Source: the human T2T-CHM13v2.0 reference genome, Homo sapiens. Taken from it: 64,000 nucleotides of DNA. The DNA lies in NCBI RefSeq assembly GCF_009914755.1, contig NC_060932.1; one strand, given 5' to 3'. The notes below the pieces were generated by a model, which did no database searches, had not been told where the DNA came from, and saw nothing but the letters and a program-made list of their open reading frames with translations. Both the position numbers and the translations under genes were made by a program. Positions 1 through 11,795 of this stretch are shown piece by piece; position 1 is the stretch's first letter; each line of letters opens with the position of its first letter.

Positions 1-149
1 GAGTGAGGAGAAAAATATTCCTACTAAAGTTTTCCATTTGTTTACCTTCCTTGTCACATAGACTTCCAAGAGTTAGAAGTCTAGGATTTGATCTCCAAAT
101 CTTCCTGGCAGATTACTCATCTTCATTTCATTCATATAGTCCAGGGGTT

Positions 150-520
150 TGTACAAAGGAAGATGCCAGTTCTTCCCCAATCATAACTAAGATATCAAGA
201 GATATTCTTTTGAAATGTAACAAAGGAGATCTGAAGTTCATCTGAAAAAAATAAATGGGTAAGTATACTGACAAATATTTTGGCAAAATAAAAGTAATGA
301 GGAGATACTAGCATTAGCCTCATCAGGCATTAAAATATATTATAAAGTTATAATATGTAAAACAGCATGGGACTGGCACTGAAACTGACAGTTCAACTGA
401 AGAGAATAGACAAGTTAGAAGTAAGTCTTGATGTATGTAAGAATTTAATAAATTTGAAAGATGGTAAGGAAAGATAGGATTGCTTAAAAAATGGTTTTGG
501 TGCAATTGATTAACTTTTCA
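150..520 (+). mobile_element. Old L1M ORF2-region fragment (degenerate)
   Basis: Resembles L1 ORF2 consensus tracts (GATGCCAGTTCTTCCCCAAAT, AAAACAGCATGGGACTGGCA, AAAAAATGGTTTTGGTGCAA); no intact reading frame. Confidence 0.6.
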
Positions 521-857
521 TAAACTGGGTCAGCTCTTACTAGATATTTCTCTGAGACACTCACCCACCCCAAGTGTCCCCCAGCTCTCTGAGCTTCCCA
601 GCTATATGACATCAGAGCTCAGGAAACTCTGGTCCTCTCCATCCTGGTCTCCCACCATTTTCTCTGCAGCCCCCAATCTTCCTGAGATCACAGCTCCCAT
701 GGGCACCATTACCCTCTACTGCCAGCATCACTCTTGGGCAAGGAAAACTCCACCCTCCCATGAGCTTCTTACGACAAAGTGTGGTCACAGGCCTCCATAA
801 CTCCCATAGAACACCCGAGATCAGGAAATCTGCAAGTATCTGGGATGTCTTTATTAT

Positions 858-1000
858 AGTCAGTGGTTGCCAGAGGTTAGTGGGGAGGGAGGGATGAATA
901 AGCAGAGCATAGAGGAATTTTAGGGCAGTGAAACTACCCTGTATGATACTATAACGGTGACTATATGACATTTTATATAGTCCAAACCCATAGATTATAT
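858..1000 (+). mobile_element. L1MC 3' end, first part (interrupted by LTR)
   Basis: TCAGTGGTTGCCAGAGGTTAG...TTTTAGGGCAGTGAAACTA...CCCATAGA typical of the L1MC 3' UTR; continues at 1775. Confidence 0.75.
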
Positions 1001-1774
<774 letters not shown>

Positions 1775-2010
1775 GTGTAACACCCAGAGTGAGCTGTAAT
1801 GTAAACTATGGATTTTGGGTGAGAATGACATGTCAATGTAGGGTCATCAATTGTAACAGATGTCCCACTCTGGTGCAGAATGTCAATAGTGAAGGAGACT
1901 CTGCAGGTGTGCGGTCAGGATAACAGAACAGAACTCTGTATTTTCTGCTCAATTCTGCTATGGATCTAAAACTTCTCTAAAAATTAAAGTCCATTAAAAT
2001 ATTTTTAAAT
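1775..2010 (+). mobile_element. L1MC 3' end, second part
   Basis: TAATGTAAACTATGGA...GAACTCTGTATTTTCTGCTCAATT...TCTAAAAATTAAAGTC continues the L1MC 3' UTR from 858-1000. Confidence 0.75.
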
Positions 2011-2249
2011 TAAATTGGTTTAAAAAAGGAAATGAAATTGGATCATTCCTGACTATGGCACAGGTAGCAAGACCAGCCCTATGCCCTTCCCTAGACAGGA
2101 AGTTTCAAGCCAGATCACTAGCTCTGGTGCCAATCGATCCCTAGAGATTTGATAATCTTTGCCATGCCCAATAGTAGGAGTGCTGGTTCTTTCATGCATG
2201 GCTCCCTGTTCTATCATCTCTCTCCACTTATCCTCTGTTCTGTTGAAAA

Positions 2250-2627
2250 CACTTCGGATTGGCTACCCAAGAGCTACTCATAACCCCTTCCCGCTTGCTT
2301 TAATAAGGGCTATCGGGAAGGGATTTGGGGAATGTTTTTAAAGGCCACAGACTGAACCAGTAGACCCCCTTTAGCCTGTTGCCCTTTCTCCATTCATCTT
2401 GCCTAGAATGTGGATGTAATGTCCGTCTTGTGACTCTGAGGATGAAAGCCACAAGCCAAGGATAGCAGAGTACAAAGAGAGAAAGAGGCTGGGATATGGA
2501 TGACATTGTGAACTCTGGACTGCCTATTTAGATATGTTTTGCCTGAGACGAATGGATACTTTATTGTTTAAGCCCTTTATAGTTGAGATTTTGTTACTTT
2601 CGGCCAAACATAATGCCAATTGTTATA
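2250..2627 (+). mobile_element. ERVL-class LTR, LTR33-like
   Basis: GCCTAGAATGTGGATG...GAGGATGAAAGCC...CTGGACTGCCTA...GTTTAAGCC...TTGTTACTT resembles the LTR33 3' half. Confidence 0.6.
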
Positions 2628-3039
2628 TTTTTCTACTCACCAAATTAGCAGAAGGGGCAAATCAGCAAACCTACTGCATAAATATCCAAGTGGGATGCTG
2701 GGATCCCTAATTTTTTAATGTGGTTTTTAGTGGGAAAGCATTATTTATCTCCACAGCACAGCACTTCCTGCTAGGTGAAAACTTGTACTTGCAATGATTC
2801 TCTCTTCCTGCTTCCAGGGTTCTGCTTTTATAGATAGGGAGTAGTGGGAGAGGATATTAATTGTGATAGGACTTACGCTATTTCTACCTCATTAACAATT
2901 TTTAAAATATTTAAGAATGTGGGATATTGCATCTGAAAAAGACTATCGACTAAACATGGTTTAGACTAGTGATGGTTTGTGGGTCTAGAAGTAATTTTTT
3001 AACATAAAAATCAGTTCACCTCTCTACTCCTCTACCTTC

Positions 3040-3381
3040 TGTGGAAGATTGTATTACATCTTTGCCCCATGGATATTGGGCTCGGTCAAATGACTTGCTT
3101 AGACCAACGGATGTGAGCAGAGGTTTTCAGCGTGCTTGCTGGTTTGGCGGCTTTCCCTCTTGTCTTTCTGCTATCTGCCATTAGCAGAGCATGCTCTGGC
3201 AGCTTCCATCTCAGAATGCAGAGGCAGTTGAAGCCATCAGGAACCCAATCTTCAGCTTGAAGCAGAGCCTCCACAATTGACCCACAGAACCATAAGCGAA
3301 AAATAAAGTTGGTTCTTGTAAACCATTGAAAATTGGGATTGCTTGTTATGCAGCATTAGGCAATAATAGTTGACTAATACA
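3040..3381 (+). mobile_element. MaLR LTR, MLT1I/J-like
   Basis: TGACTTGCTTAGACCAA..., AATAAA, GCTTGTTATGCAGCATT...TGACTAATACA end. Confidence 0.7.
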
Positions 3382-3382
3382 C

Positions 3383-3905
3383 TTCCAATGTCTTTCAGCT
3401 CATTCTGAGGAGAAAGTCAAAGTTTACAGAGTGATTCAAAAGAATCCTCATATTCTGGCTCCATTTACCTCTCTGACTTCATCTTCAACTACTTTTTTCC
3501 CTTCTTACTCTGCTCCAAATACACCATCCTCCTTCTTCCTCCTCTAACATGCCAGATGTGTTTCTGCCTTGGGACTTTGCACTTGCTGTTTCTCCTGCAT
3601 AGAACACTTCCTCCAAATTCCTGCATGGCTTATTTGTTAATTTTCCTGTGATTTCCCTTTCTTTAAGAAAGTCATCTCAGTGAGAAGTTATCTAACCATC
3701 TGACTGTAAACTGCATTTCCCAGTACTCAGTAGCCCCTTCTTTGATTTACTTTTCTATTTAGCACCAATCATCATTTATCCATTCTCTTCCCACCACCCC
3801 ACTACAGGACAGGGACTTTATTTTATTCACAGCAGTATTCCCAGGGTCTAGTCAGAGCAGTGTCTGGCACATGGTAGGCACCTGTTGATTATTCATAAAT
3901 GAACA
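3383..3905 (+). mobile_element. L2 LINE 3' fragment
   Basis: GGGACTTTGCACTTGCTGTT..., CAGTGTCTGGCACATGGTAGGCAC...AAATGAA L2 tail. Confidence 0.75.
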
Positions 3906-4009
3906 AAGGGATAAAGGAACAAATTAAAAATCTCAACATAAAAATTTATAAATAATTCCTAAATTATTTAATAAAATATTACATTTTTCTTTAATAAATA
4001 AAAACAATA

Positions 4010-4450
4010 CACAAATGACATTTCATAAAAAATCAATGGTTAGAAAAAGAAATATAGGTGCTCTTGTTTGTAATCAAAGAATCAGGAATTAATGTTACAG
4101 AGAGGTATTCCATCTCCTTTCAAATTGGCAAATGTTTTAAAGAATTATAATACTCATGATGGCAGTAATTCTCTTTGTCTGGCATGGGTAATCTCACAGA
4201 CTGTGGGTGGAGATATGTAGAGATTCATCCTCTTGGGAAAGCAATCAAATGCCTTTACATCTTTATACCTTTACATCATCGGTCCACTAATTTCCCTTCT
4301 AGAAATCCTTCCCAAAGAAGAAATCAGTGTTGGAGGCAAGAAATTACACATCAAAAAGTTTCTTACAATGTTATTCATAATAACACAAATTTAGAAAAAA
4401 ATCTTATCAGTCAATAATAGAAGGATCATGACATGAATCATGGTGTATTT
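4010..4450 (+). mobile_element. Old L1ME fragment
   Basis: CAAATTGGCAAA, CCACTAATTTCCCTTCTAGAAAT, CAATGTTATTCATAATA resemble the L1M ORF2-end/3' UTR. Confidence 0.55.
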
Positions 4451-4464
4451 TTAGAAATTTCTTA

Positions 4465-4690
4465 TGTTTTTTACTTTTTTGATCGATACATAATGCTTTT
4501 ACATATTTATGAGGTACAAAGTATCACATGTACCCCATCAATATGTAAAAGTATTATGTATCAATTATGCATAGAATGTGTCATGATCAAGTCAGGGTAT
4601 CTGCGTGTCCATCATCTTCAGTATTTATCACTTCTATGTGGGAACATTTCAAGTCCTCTCTTCTATTTTGAAATATACAATACATTGCAC
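4465..4690 (-). mobile_element. L1MA 3' terminal fragment with internal inverted duplication
   Basis: GATACATAAT...TACATATTTATGAGGTACA...ATGATCAAGTCAGGGTA...TATTTTGAAATATACAA matches the reversed L1MA 3' end. Confidence 0.8.
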
Positions 4691-5884
4691 GTGCACCACT
4701 GAATTTAAAATAGAAGTTTTATAAAAACGAGAACAAAAATGCAGAGATGCCAGAGGCTTACATGAGGTCACTTTGCAGCACCAAAGCCCATTGTGATCCA
4801 CTCCTGTTAACAGAGGTGGGGGGAGTAGATAAATGGGTGGGTGGGGAATGTAAATGATAAAGCTGGGGCATAAGAGTGGGGAAACATAGGACACCCCCAA
4901 ATAGCCATCTCATTTTTTCTGTTTCCCTCCATGCCAAAAAAGCACATTTTTACCTAATAAAGGAAGGTGGTATGGAGCAAGCGAATGTGACTGTCAGTCA
5001 AGCAAGCTTGATGCATCATTCCCCGCTTCCACACCTCCATGCCCCAACACAATCCCTGACCTTCCTCTGCCCACTGGAGCACCCCACCTGGACTGTGTGT
5101 GCCACAGTTCCCTTCATTAGCTCCCCCCACACACTAGCTTTCACATGGACACTCCCTGAGCAAGTAGCGCTGAGCTGAGCCCAGCCCTCTTCCTCCCCAT
5201 TTCCGGTAAGTTTTAGGCGGTCATGACCATGGGATGCTGGACCAGGATGGTAAGCTTCAGGAAACAGAATCTGGAGAATGCCCAGCTGCTCCCACAGGAA
5301 GCATCAGGGAAGAAGAAGAAGAGGTGTGAAGTCTGCCTTCTGCTCTGCTGGGATCCCTTTCACATCTCCTTTGCCTCCAGGCAGTTTTGGTTCCTGGCCA
5401 TTTCCAGGTGTGACTCACTCAGGATGGTAAGCATCTTCTCTCCTACCCAGAGTAGAGGATGAAGACCTCATCTCAGAGGTTGAAGGGAGCTCCAGAGAGA
5501 GGTCTCAAACTTCCAGCATTAACTGCTAAAGAAGCTTCATGAGCTGCTGGAGAACCTGGGAAATGACCAATGATAGGGACAGAGCTCAAATACTCTGGGA
5601 CACTCTAGTAGCTGAGAAAGTTCCAACTCCAGGGTGATAGAGGACTGCCTGGCAAACCATCATCAAAGCAGAAGACCTGATACTAACATCACAGGCTATG
5701 GTTTATTACTGAAGATCAGTGCTTACACCCTGCCAGAGGTTCAGAAGCAAACTTATCATTGTTCTCCCTGGAGATGTTGGCCCACATTCTGAAAAGTGTG
5801 GTCAGTAGTAGCAACAGAAAGCAATTGTGCTTGCCAAGCACAATGTCACTGTCCCCAGCCCTTCCCCCAACACAACCCAGTAGG

Positions 5885-6030
5885 TGCTTCCTGGCTGCAA
5901 ACTTGGGAAAGTCACTTGACCTGTCTGAGGTTCCACTTCCTAATCTGGCCTGGCGAAGATAAGAAAAACAGTTTATTTAAAGTGTCTAGCAAAGTGCTTG
6001 GACCAAAATAGGACCTCTGAAATGGTTATG
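5885..6030 (+). mobile_element. MIR
   Basis: CTTGGGAAAGTCACTTGACCTGTCTGAG core and AAAGTGTCTAGCAAAGTGCTTGG tail. Confidence 0.6.
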
Positions 6031-6054
6031 GTAGTGCTGTTAAGGTGATGTTTT

Positions 6055-6550
6055 AAGTGCTGATGAGCACAAAGATGGGTAAGATATTCCTTCTGTTAAA
6101 ATCTACAGTCTAATGAGAGAGAACAAGATGAATGCACAATAACTGTCATTCAGAACAGGATTATGAGAAGGTGTGAATTTCTGTGAAAAATCAGAACAGG
6201 GAGTAATATGATCCCAGGTGATTGGCAGGGGGTGGGGGTCTGGATTCAACTGGAGAGGGAGCTGGCAGGGAAGGCTTCCTGGAGGATGAGAGTTCAACAA
6301 GGGGCAGGTGTAGGATGTGGGTGGCCAAGTGACTGGGCAGAAGGAGCTGCAGAAGTAAGACCCCAAATCAGGAAGACAAGGGCCTGCTGAGAAACACGAG
6401 CTACAAAGTGCAAGTGCAGGAAGAGTTGGGATGAGATTAGAAGGGGGTCTGGGGCCAGACTGTGGAAGGCCCAAATGCCGGGCTAAGGAGTTTGTACTTA
6501 ATTCAGTGGTCAACGGGGAGTCATTGGAGGCTGTTGAGCAGGAGAGTTGC
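6055..6550 (-). mobile_element. L2 fragment
   Basis: GGAAGGCTTCCTGGAGGA, GGGGCCAGACTGTGGAAGG, GCTAAGGAGTTTG...GGGGAGTCATTGGAGG typical of antisense L2. Confidence 0.7.
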
Positions 6551-6941
6551 TTTCTTTACAGCTGTGCCAGACTAAATTAAACCTAAACAGTACTTTATAG
6601 CTGGAAAGGGAAGGCCCAGGAATAGCTCTTGACTCAGAAACAGGCACTGGGGAAGGTAATGAGAAACAGCCGTGACTGATCAAAGCAGAGAGGTTAATTA
6701 AATTTGTAATTATTGTGAAAGGCCATTAAAAACCCTAGTTCACTAGAGATAACTGCTCTAGTGGGGCTTCAAAGACAAACGCTTCTTTTAACCTTGAATA
6801 GGGGGATGTTTGCTTCTCTGTGGAGGAGATATGATTAAGATACTTAATAAATGGTAGATAAACATGCACACGTGTGTGTTCTCTGTAAACCCACTCTTCG
6901 TCCCTGCATATATCTGTGTAGCTATGTAGGGTGCTCCACAA

Positions 6942-7110
6942 GAGGGGTCCCCAGCCCCCAGGCCATAGAGCGTTATGGGTCCATGACCTATTAGGAACCA
7001 GGCCACACAGCAGGAGTTGAGCAGAGGGCAAGCAAGCAAAGCTTCATCTGTATTTACAGTTGCTTCCCATTGCTCACATTACAGACTGAGCTACCCCTCC
7101 TGTCAGATCA
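6942..7110 (+). mobile_element. MER1A (hAT-Charlie) 5' part, truncated
   Basis: AGGGGTCCCCAGCCCC TIR-like start, TTAGGAACCAGGCCACACAGCAGGAG, AAGCTTCATCTGTATTTACAG segment as in MER1A. Confidence 0.8.
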
Positions 7111-7339
7111 TCACCAAAGTGTATTTATTGGCACTTATAAATTACATGGTATAATTTTCGGTCCATCTCCTAAAGCCTAGCTGGTAAAAGAAGATGAATT
7201 AGGAAGCAATAAAGTGAAAAGATTTTAAGACGAATAAGGAAGCAATAAAGTGAAAATGAATACACACCAGATTTTATGGTCATGGTAGAGAGTTTCAAGA
7301 AGGGAAGAGCCAGGAAGTCTTCCTGGAGGAGACGTGAAA

Positions 7340-7774
7340 TTCTGCTGCTGTAGCAGAAACCCAAATTCTAAAAAGCTTAAACACAACAGAAGTGATTAGT
7401 CCCATGTGTCTAAGAGTAAGCATCTAGGGATGATACAGTGTGGACCTTCTAGGGCAGCTCCATGCTGTTGGAGACTCCATCCCTTCCTGTGGTTCTCTGC
7501 CTTCCTAGTGTACAGATGTGCATCCACATAGTTCAGTGAGTCCACACCCTGTCCACATTCCCATCCCAGAAAGCGGCAAGGAAAGAGGATGCCCCTCCCT
7601 TTAAGAATATCATCCAGAAGTTGCACAAACTTGCTCATGAATGATCTTGTTTTGTTACTAGAGAAACTGGGACTTGTGGTCTTTGTTCTGGCCAATCATA
7701 TTCCCAGCTAAAATTCTATCACCGTGGAAGAAGACAGAATGAATATTGGAGAATAACCAGCAATCTTGGCCATA
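7340..7774 (-). mobile_element. MaLR LTR, MLT1K/J-like
   Basis: GCTTAAACACAACAGAAG, CCAGAAGTTGCACA, CCCAGCTAAAATTCTAT...GAATATTGG...GCCATA. Confidence 0.6.
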
Positions 7775-8329
7775 TACGTGAGGCTCAGCTGAGCCTTGAG
7801 CAATGGGTGGGAGTAGGGGTAGTGGCACAGGGCCAGTGATTTGGGGGTCAGGAGGGGAACAGAGGGCATCCCAAGCAGGCTGGACTACATGATAAAGAAC
7901 TGGGAGGTCCATCCTACGCACAGTGAAGAAATGAACATATCAGAAATGGAAGCTGAAGTAAGGAATAAAACCAGAGATGTTCACTGGAGTCAGACAGATA
8001 ATGAGCCTTGATGGTCCATCAAGATGGTTCTCAGGGAAAATGTGTCTAAGGAAAATGTGTTGGTCAGGACAGCAGAGGATGAATTAGATGGGTTAGTGAT
8101 GGGAGTCAGGAAGAACCATTCGGAACTTCTTTCAACAATCTGCCCATAAATTGATAACAACTCTGCCCAGGACGGAAGCCCTGGATTGAGAGAATGGGTG
8201 GCGTGAGAGTGTTTCATGGAAGAATAACAGGGCTTCATTTCTGTTGGGCTATCGGAATGAAGGTGCCTGGGAAGCTGCCTCCCTGACATGCATTCTCTAG
8301 GGCTCCCCAAGTACCCAGGCATCCTTCCT

Positions 8330-8470
8330 GCCTGTGTTCACAGCACATGATACCAGCACCATATTCAACAACAAATATTTGTTCAACATAAGCTTCATGT
8401 GGGCACAAAGTTTGGCACATAGTAGATACTCAGCCAGTATTTGTCGAATAAATGGCTGGATGAATAAGTA
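8330..8470. mobile_element. L2 3' tail remnants
   Basis: TGGCACATAGTAGATACTCA...TATTTGTCGAATAAATG L2 terminus plus an adjacent CAACAAATATTTGTT remnant. Confidence 0.55.
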
Positions 8471-9659
8471 ACCAAAATGCAGGCACAGAACACACTGGGT
8501 ACTGCACCCAGCAGAGGCCATTAAAATATTCCGGGGAAAGTCAGCTATCACATCTTTAGGATTTTACTCAGAAAAGAGACTTACACAAAGTGTTTTCTGC
8601 AAACTGTCATAACAACAGCAGCCATTTGTGACATCATGGAGTGAAGTGGGACATTATTCTCTGAGCCAAACAATTTCTTCAAATCAAACCCACAGAAGAA
8701 AAATGCAGATACCAGGTAAGCCTGGTTGTGTATATTCTCATATTATTTTCTCCTTTTAAATGCCCAGATTTCCTGAACTGGCTAGATGTGGGTAGTTCCA
8801 ATGCGACCGTTATTCCTGGGGCTTTCTTACATACTCCAACTTCCATTCTGTGAATGAATCCAAAGAAGGTTGCCTTGACAACCATTCACCTCTCTCTCGT
8901 CAAGCACCCTGAACAGCCTCAAGTGCTTCATTGAGATAAAAGCCCGCAGAGCACCCAGACTCAGGACCTCTCATGACGCACAGCAGCTGAGAGTCTAACC
9001 TGGGATGTGCTGCTGTAGATAAAAGTCCCGAAACGCTTCCTTTCCATCACCTTTCCTGTCAGCTACCGCAGCCATTCCCACTGACAGGTGAGCACTAGAT
9101 GCAATTCTGCCAAAGAGAAGCCACATTAAGAGGCTCTTTGGCAATGGGCCCATGAATTGTTTGTTCCAGATAACTATGACATTGTGCGATTAGGTAACAG
9201 ACTCATCAAATCCTTTCTATGCCACTTAGCCTGGGCAGTATCTTGTTCCAGCAGTGAGAGGTCTGTTATTTCACAAGTCCCTGGATGTTTTTTTCTGGGC
9301 TTCAGTAGAAGGGTAGGAGTCCCATGACATCCTATGAATCCAAGATTTTAATATCTAAAACACCAGAAGAAAAAGCCTCAAACCCAGCCCCAATTTTACA
9401 TTTTCATAATATGAACCCAAGCAACATCTATAGATTTATTAAAATAATTAAGCCAGAATAAAATGGACCAAAATATATTCTCTGAACCAAACCAACATTT
9501 TGTTCTATTCAAATATTCCAAAGAGCTGAAAGATGGAGTCATATGGTAAACACTGCCAAAATTTCCTAGAATGGGGATATTGCTTTCAAGCAGCATTGAA
9601 TTTGGAGGTGAATGTTTTAAGATATTATTATGAAGCCATTTATTCTGCAATTAGTATAT

Positions 9660-9850
9660 AGCAAGCCCAGTACCCGGTACTTATCATGCATAACTTTGTT
9701 GAATTCTCATAGTTGACAGTTTGTCTTATTAGCCCCATATTATAGATGAAGAAATGCTTAGCAAGCCTGTGTAGACTTCTCAAGGTCATACAGCCAACCA
9801 AACACAGATTTTAGCCCAAGAGTATGATCTTACTCTCACATCCATGCCCT
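9660..9850 (-). mobile_element. MIR
   Basis: CCCCATATTATAGATGAAGAAA...CAAGGTCATACAGC (reverse MIR core). Confidence 0.65.
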
Positions 9851-9856
9851 TGTAGG

Positions 9857-10060
9857 TGAAAGAGAGAAAGGAAGAGGAGGAGGAGGAGGAGGAGGTAGAG
9901 GAGAGGAAGAAGAAGAAGAAGAAAAAAGGAGGGAGGGAGGGAGGAAGGGAGGCAGGGGAGGCAGAGGAGGCAGAGGAGGCAGAGGAGGCAGAGGAGGCAG
10001 AAATGGGGAAAGAGAAAGGAAGAAGAAAAGGAAAGGAAATAGGGAGGGAAAAATTGGGGT
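9857..10060 (+). repeat. Polypurine tract: (GAG)n, (GAA)n, (GGGA)n and (GAGGCAGAG)n
   Basis: About 200 bp almost entirely A/G, with a 9-bp unit repeated about 5 times. Confidence 0.95.
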
Positions 10061-10604
10061 AGGGTGAAAATAAAGCCAGAATCCCGTCTTGAAATCTAAA
10101 TTGCTTGTCTTAGTGAGGCAATGATCTGGCTAATTTGAAAGTAAGAAGTACATATCTGGCCCCCTATCGGCATGGGTGGTTTGAGAATAAAGAGAAGGAC
10201 CTGAATGTCAAAGACAGACAGGCTTTGACTGGAGGCTGTCAAAACTTGTATTTGAAGGAATACAGTTGTCTTGTATTCCTTCTTGTATTCTCTCCAGCCA
10301 GGGTTCTAGCCTTTAGGATGCCACTGGGTTAAGTCTCACCCAGAATGCTGCCCTGCCTTCTGATGTCCTAATCCAAAGTGCATTTAATTCTTACCTTTGA
10401 GAGGATTGTGGGAAAGGTACTAAATCCTATGGTTCCAAGGGTGATCTTATACATTTTAGATAGCAAATAGCATTTAAGGTAGAGCACAAGCCATTTTACA
10501 TTCTAGAATCAAACCCCATGCCAGAATGTCAGTCCTTGACAGTGGTAGCAAGTACCTCAAATGTGATATGTATATTAAAGATTTTATTTTCTTTTAAAAA
10601 ATTA

Positions 10605-10734
10605 TTTCATTTTTATTGAGACAGGGTCCTTATTATGTTCCCCAGTCTGGTCTCAACCTCCTGGGCTCAAGTGATCTTCCCACCTTGGCCTCCCAAAATG
10701 CTAGGATTCCAGGCATGAGCCACTATGCCCAGCC
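10605..10734 (-). mobile_element. FLAM (Alu left monomer)
   Basis: GAGACAGGGTC...CTCCTGGGCTCAAGTGATC...ATGAGCCACTATGCCCAGCC, single monomer. Confidence 0.85.
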
Positions 10735-11099
10735 AGATTTGAATTTTCAATTTAGCTCCGACTTATTTAGACTGAAAAGACACAGTATATGTGGGCTGAT
10801 AGGAGGATGAAGTGGGCAGGATACATATGCTTTTATACTTATAGCTTGTAAGACATAAGTATTTTTGCAGCTAGGTCTTACAGTAGAAAGTTCTAGGAGG
10901 TGTTAGAGGCAGGTGGACAAAAAAAATTTCAACATTAAACAGAATATGTGAACGTAGACCAACTCTCATTCAGAATTACAGGTCTGGGGACCTTACAAAT
11001 TGATTTGTCCTCGTGGGATGCTTAGATAAAAGCTAAAATTGTTCTTATTCCCCACCTTACAAAATGAAACCAAGAAAGGAGATTGAATACTTTTTAATG

Positions 11100-11795
11100 G
11101 TGAAATTTACCGGAATACCTAATTGCTTGAAAAATATTGAGAGATTTGCAACTGGAGGAGAGTCTGAAGTGAACTTAGTGATAAATCAGAGAGTAGGAAG
11201 CATAAACACACAAGCACAGATGAAACACCCAAGGTAATAATTAACTCAAGAGAAACAGAGAAATTATGCAGCAAAAGAAAGTAATCATAGTTTACTACAT
11301 GTCATTTGTATAGAACATCTACATATCTGTAAAATGCAAACAATGACTATTGTATCCAAAATTACAATATAACCATATTGCAATAATGGGAGGTCCAGAA
11401 AGTGTGTGGGTGTGTATGTATGTTTGGTGTGTGTGTAGTGTGTTTGGGGTGTGGGGGGGGGGGCTGTGTGTGTTTTCATGGTGTGTGCTGGGGGGTGTGT
11501 TCATGGGGTGTGTTTGTGGAGTTTGTGAGGAGTGTGTTGTGTGTGTGTATGTCTGTGTCTTGGTGGCAAAGAAGTAAAAGGGAACTAGATCCTCACTTTA
11601 CAGAGCAAGAAATCCTAATAGCAAGACAAGCACATTATATAAAGATATGAAGGTTAATGCCAAAAAAATGCACTAAAAGAGTTAAAAATGGCTGCCTCTG
11701 GGGAACAGAAAATTTGAGGAGAGTAGGGACTGGAGTTTTTACAATCTGATTTTTTAAATTATGTGCATGTGTAACTTTGATAGAAGAAAAATCTT
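11100..11795 (+). mobile_element. HAL1/L1ME-like 3' fragment, interrupted by a TG-rich repeat
   Basis: CCAAAATTACAATATAACCATATT, AAAATGGCTGCCTCTGGGGA, TATGTGCATGTGTAACTTTGAT resemble an old L1-derived 3' end. Confidence 0.5.
11401..11560 (+). repeat. Degenerate (TG)n / G-rich simple repeat
   Basis: Directly visible TG-rich array with G-runs. Confidence 0.9.

Noticed and set aside
9856-10062. Glu/Lys-rich 68-aa ORF
   Set aside because: Translation of the polypurine simple repeat
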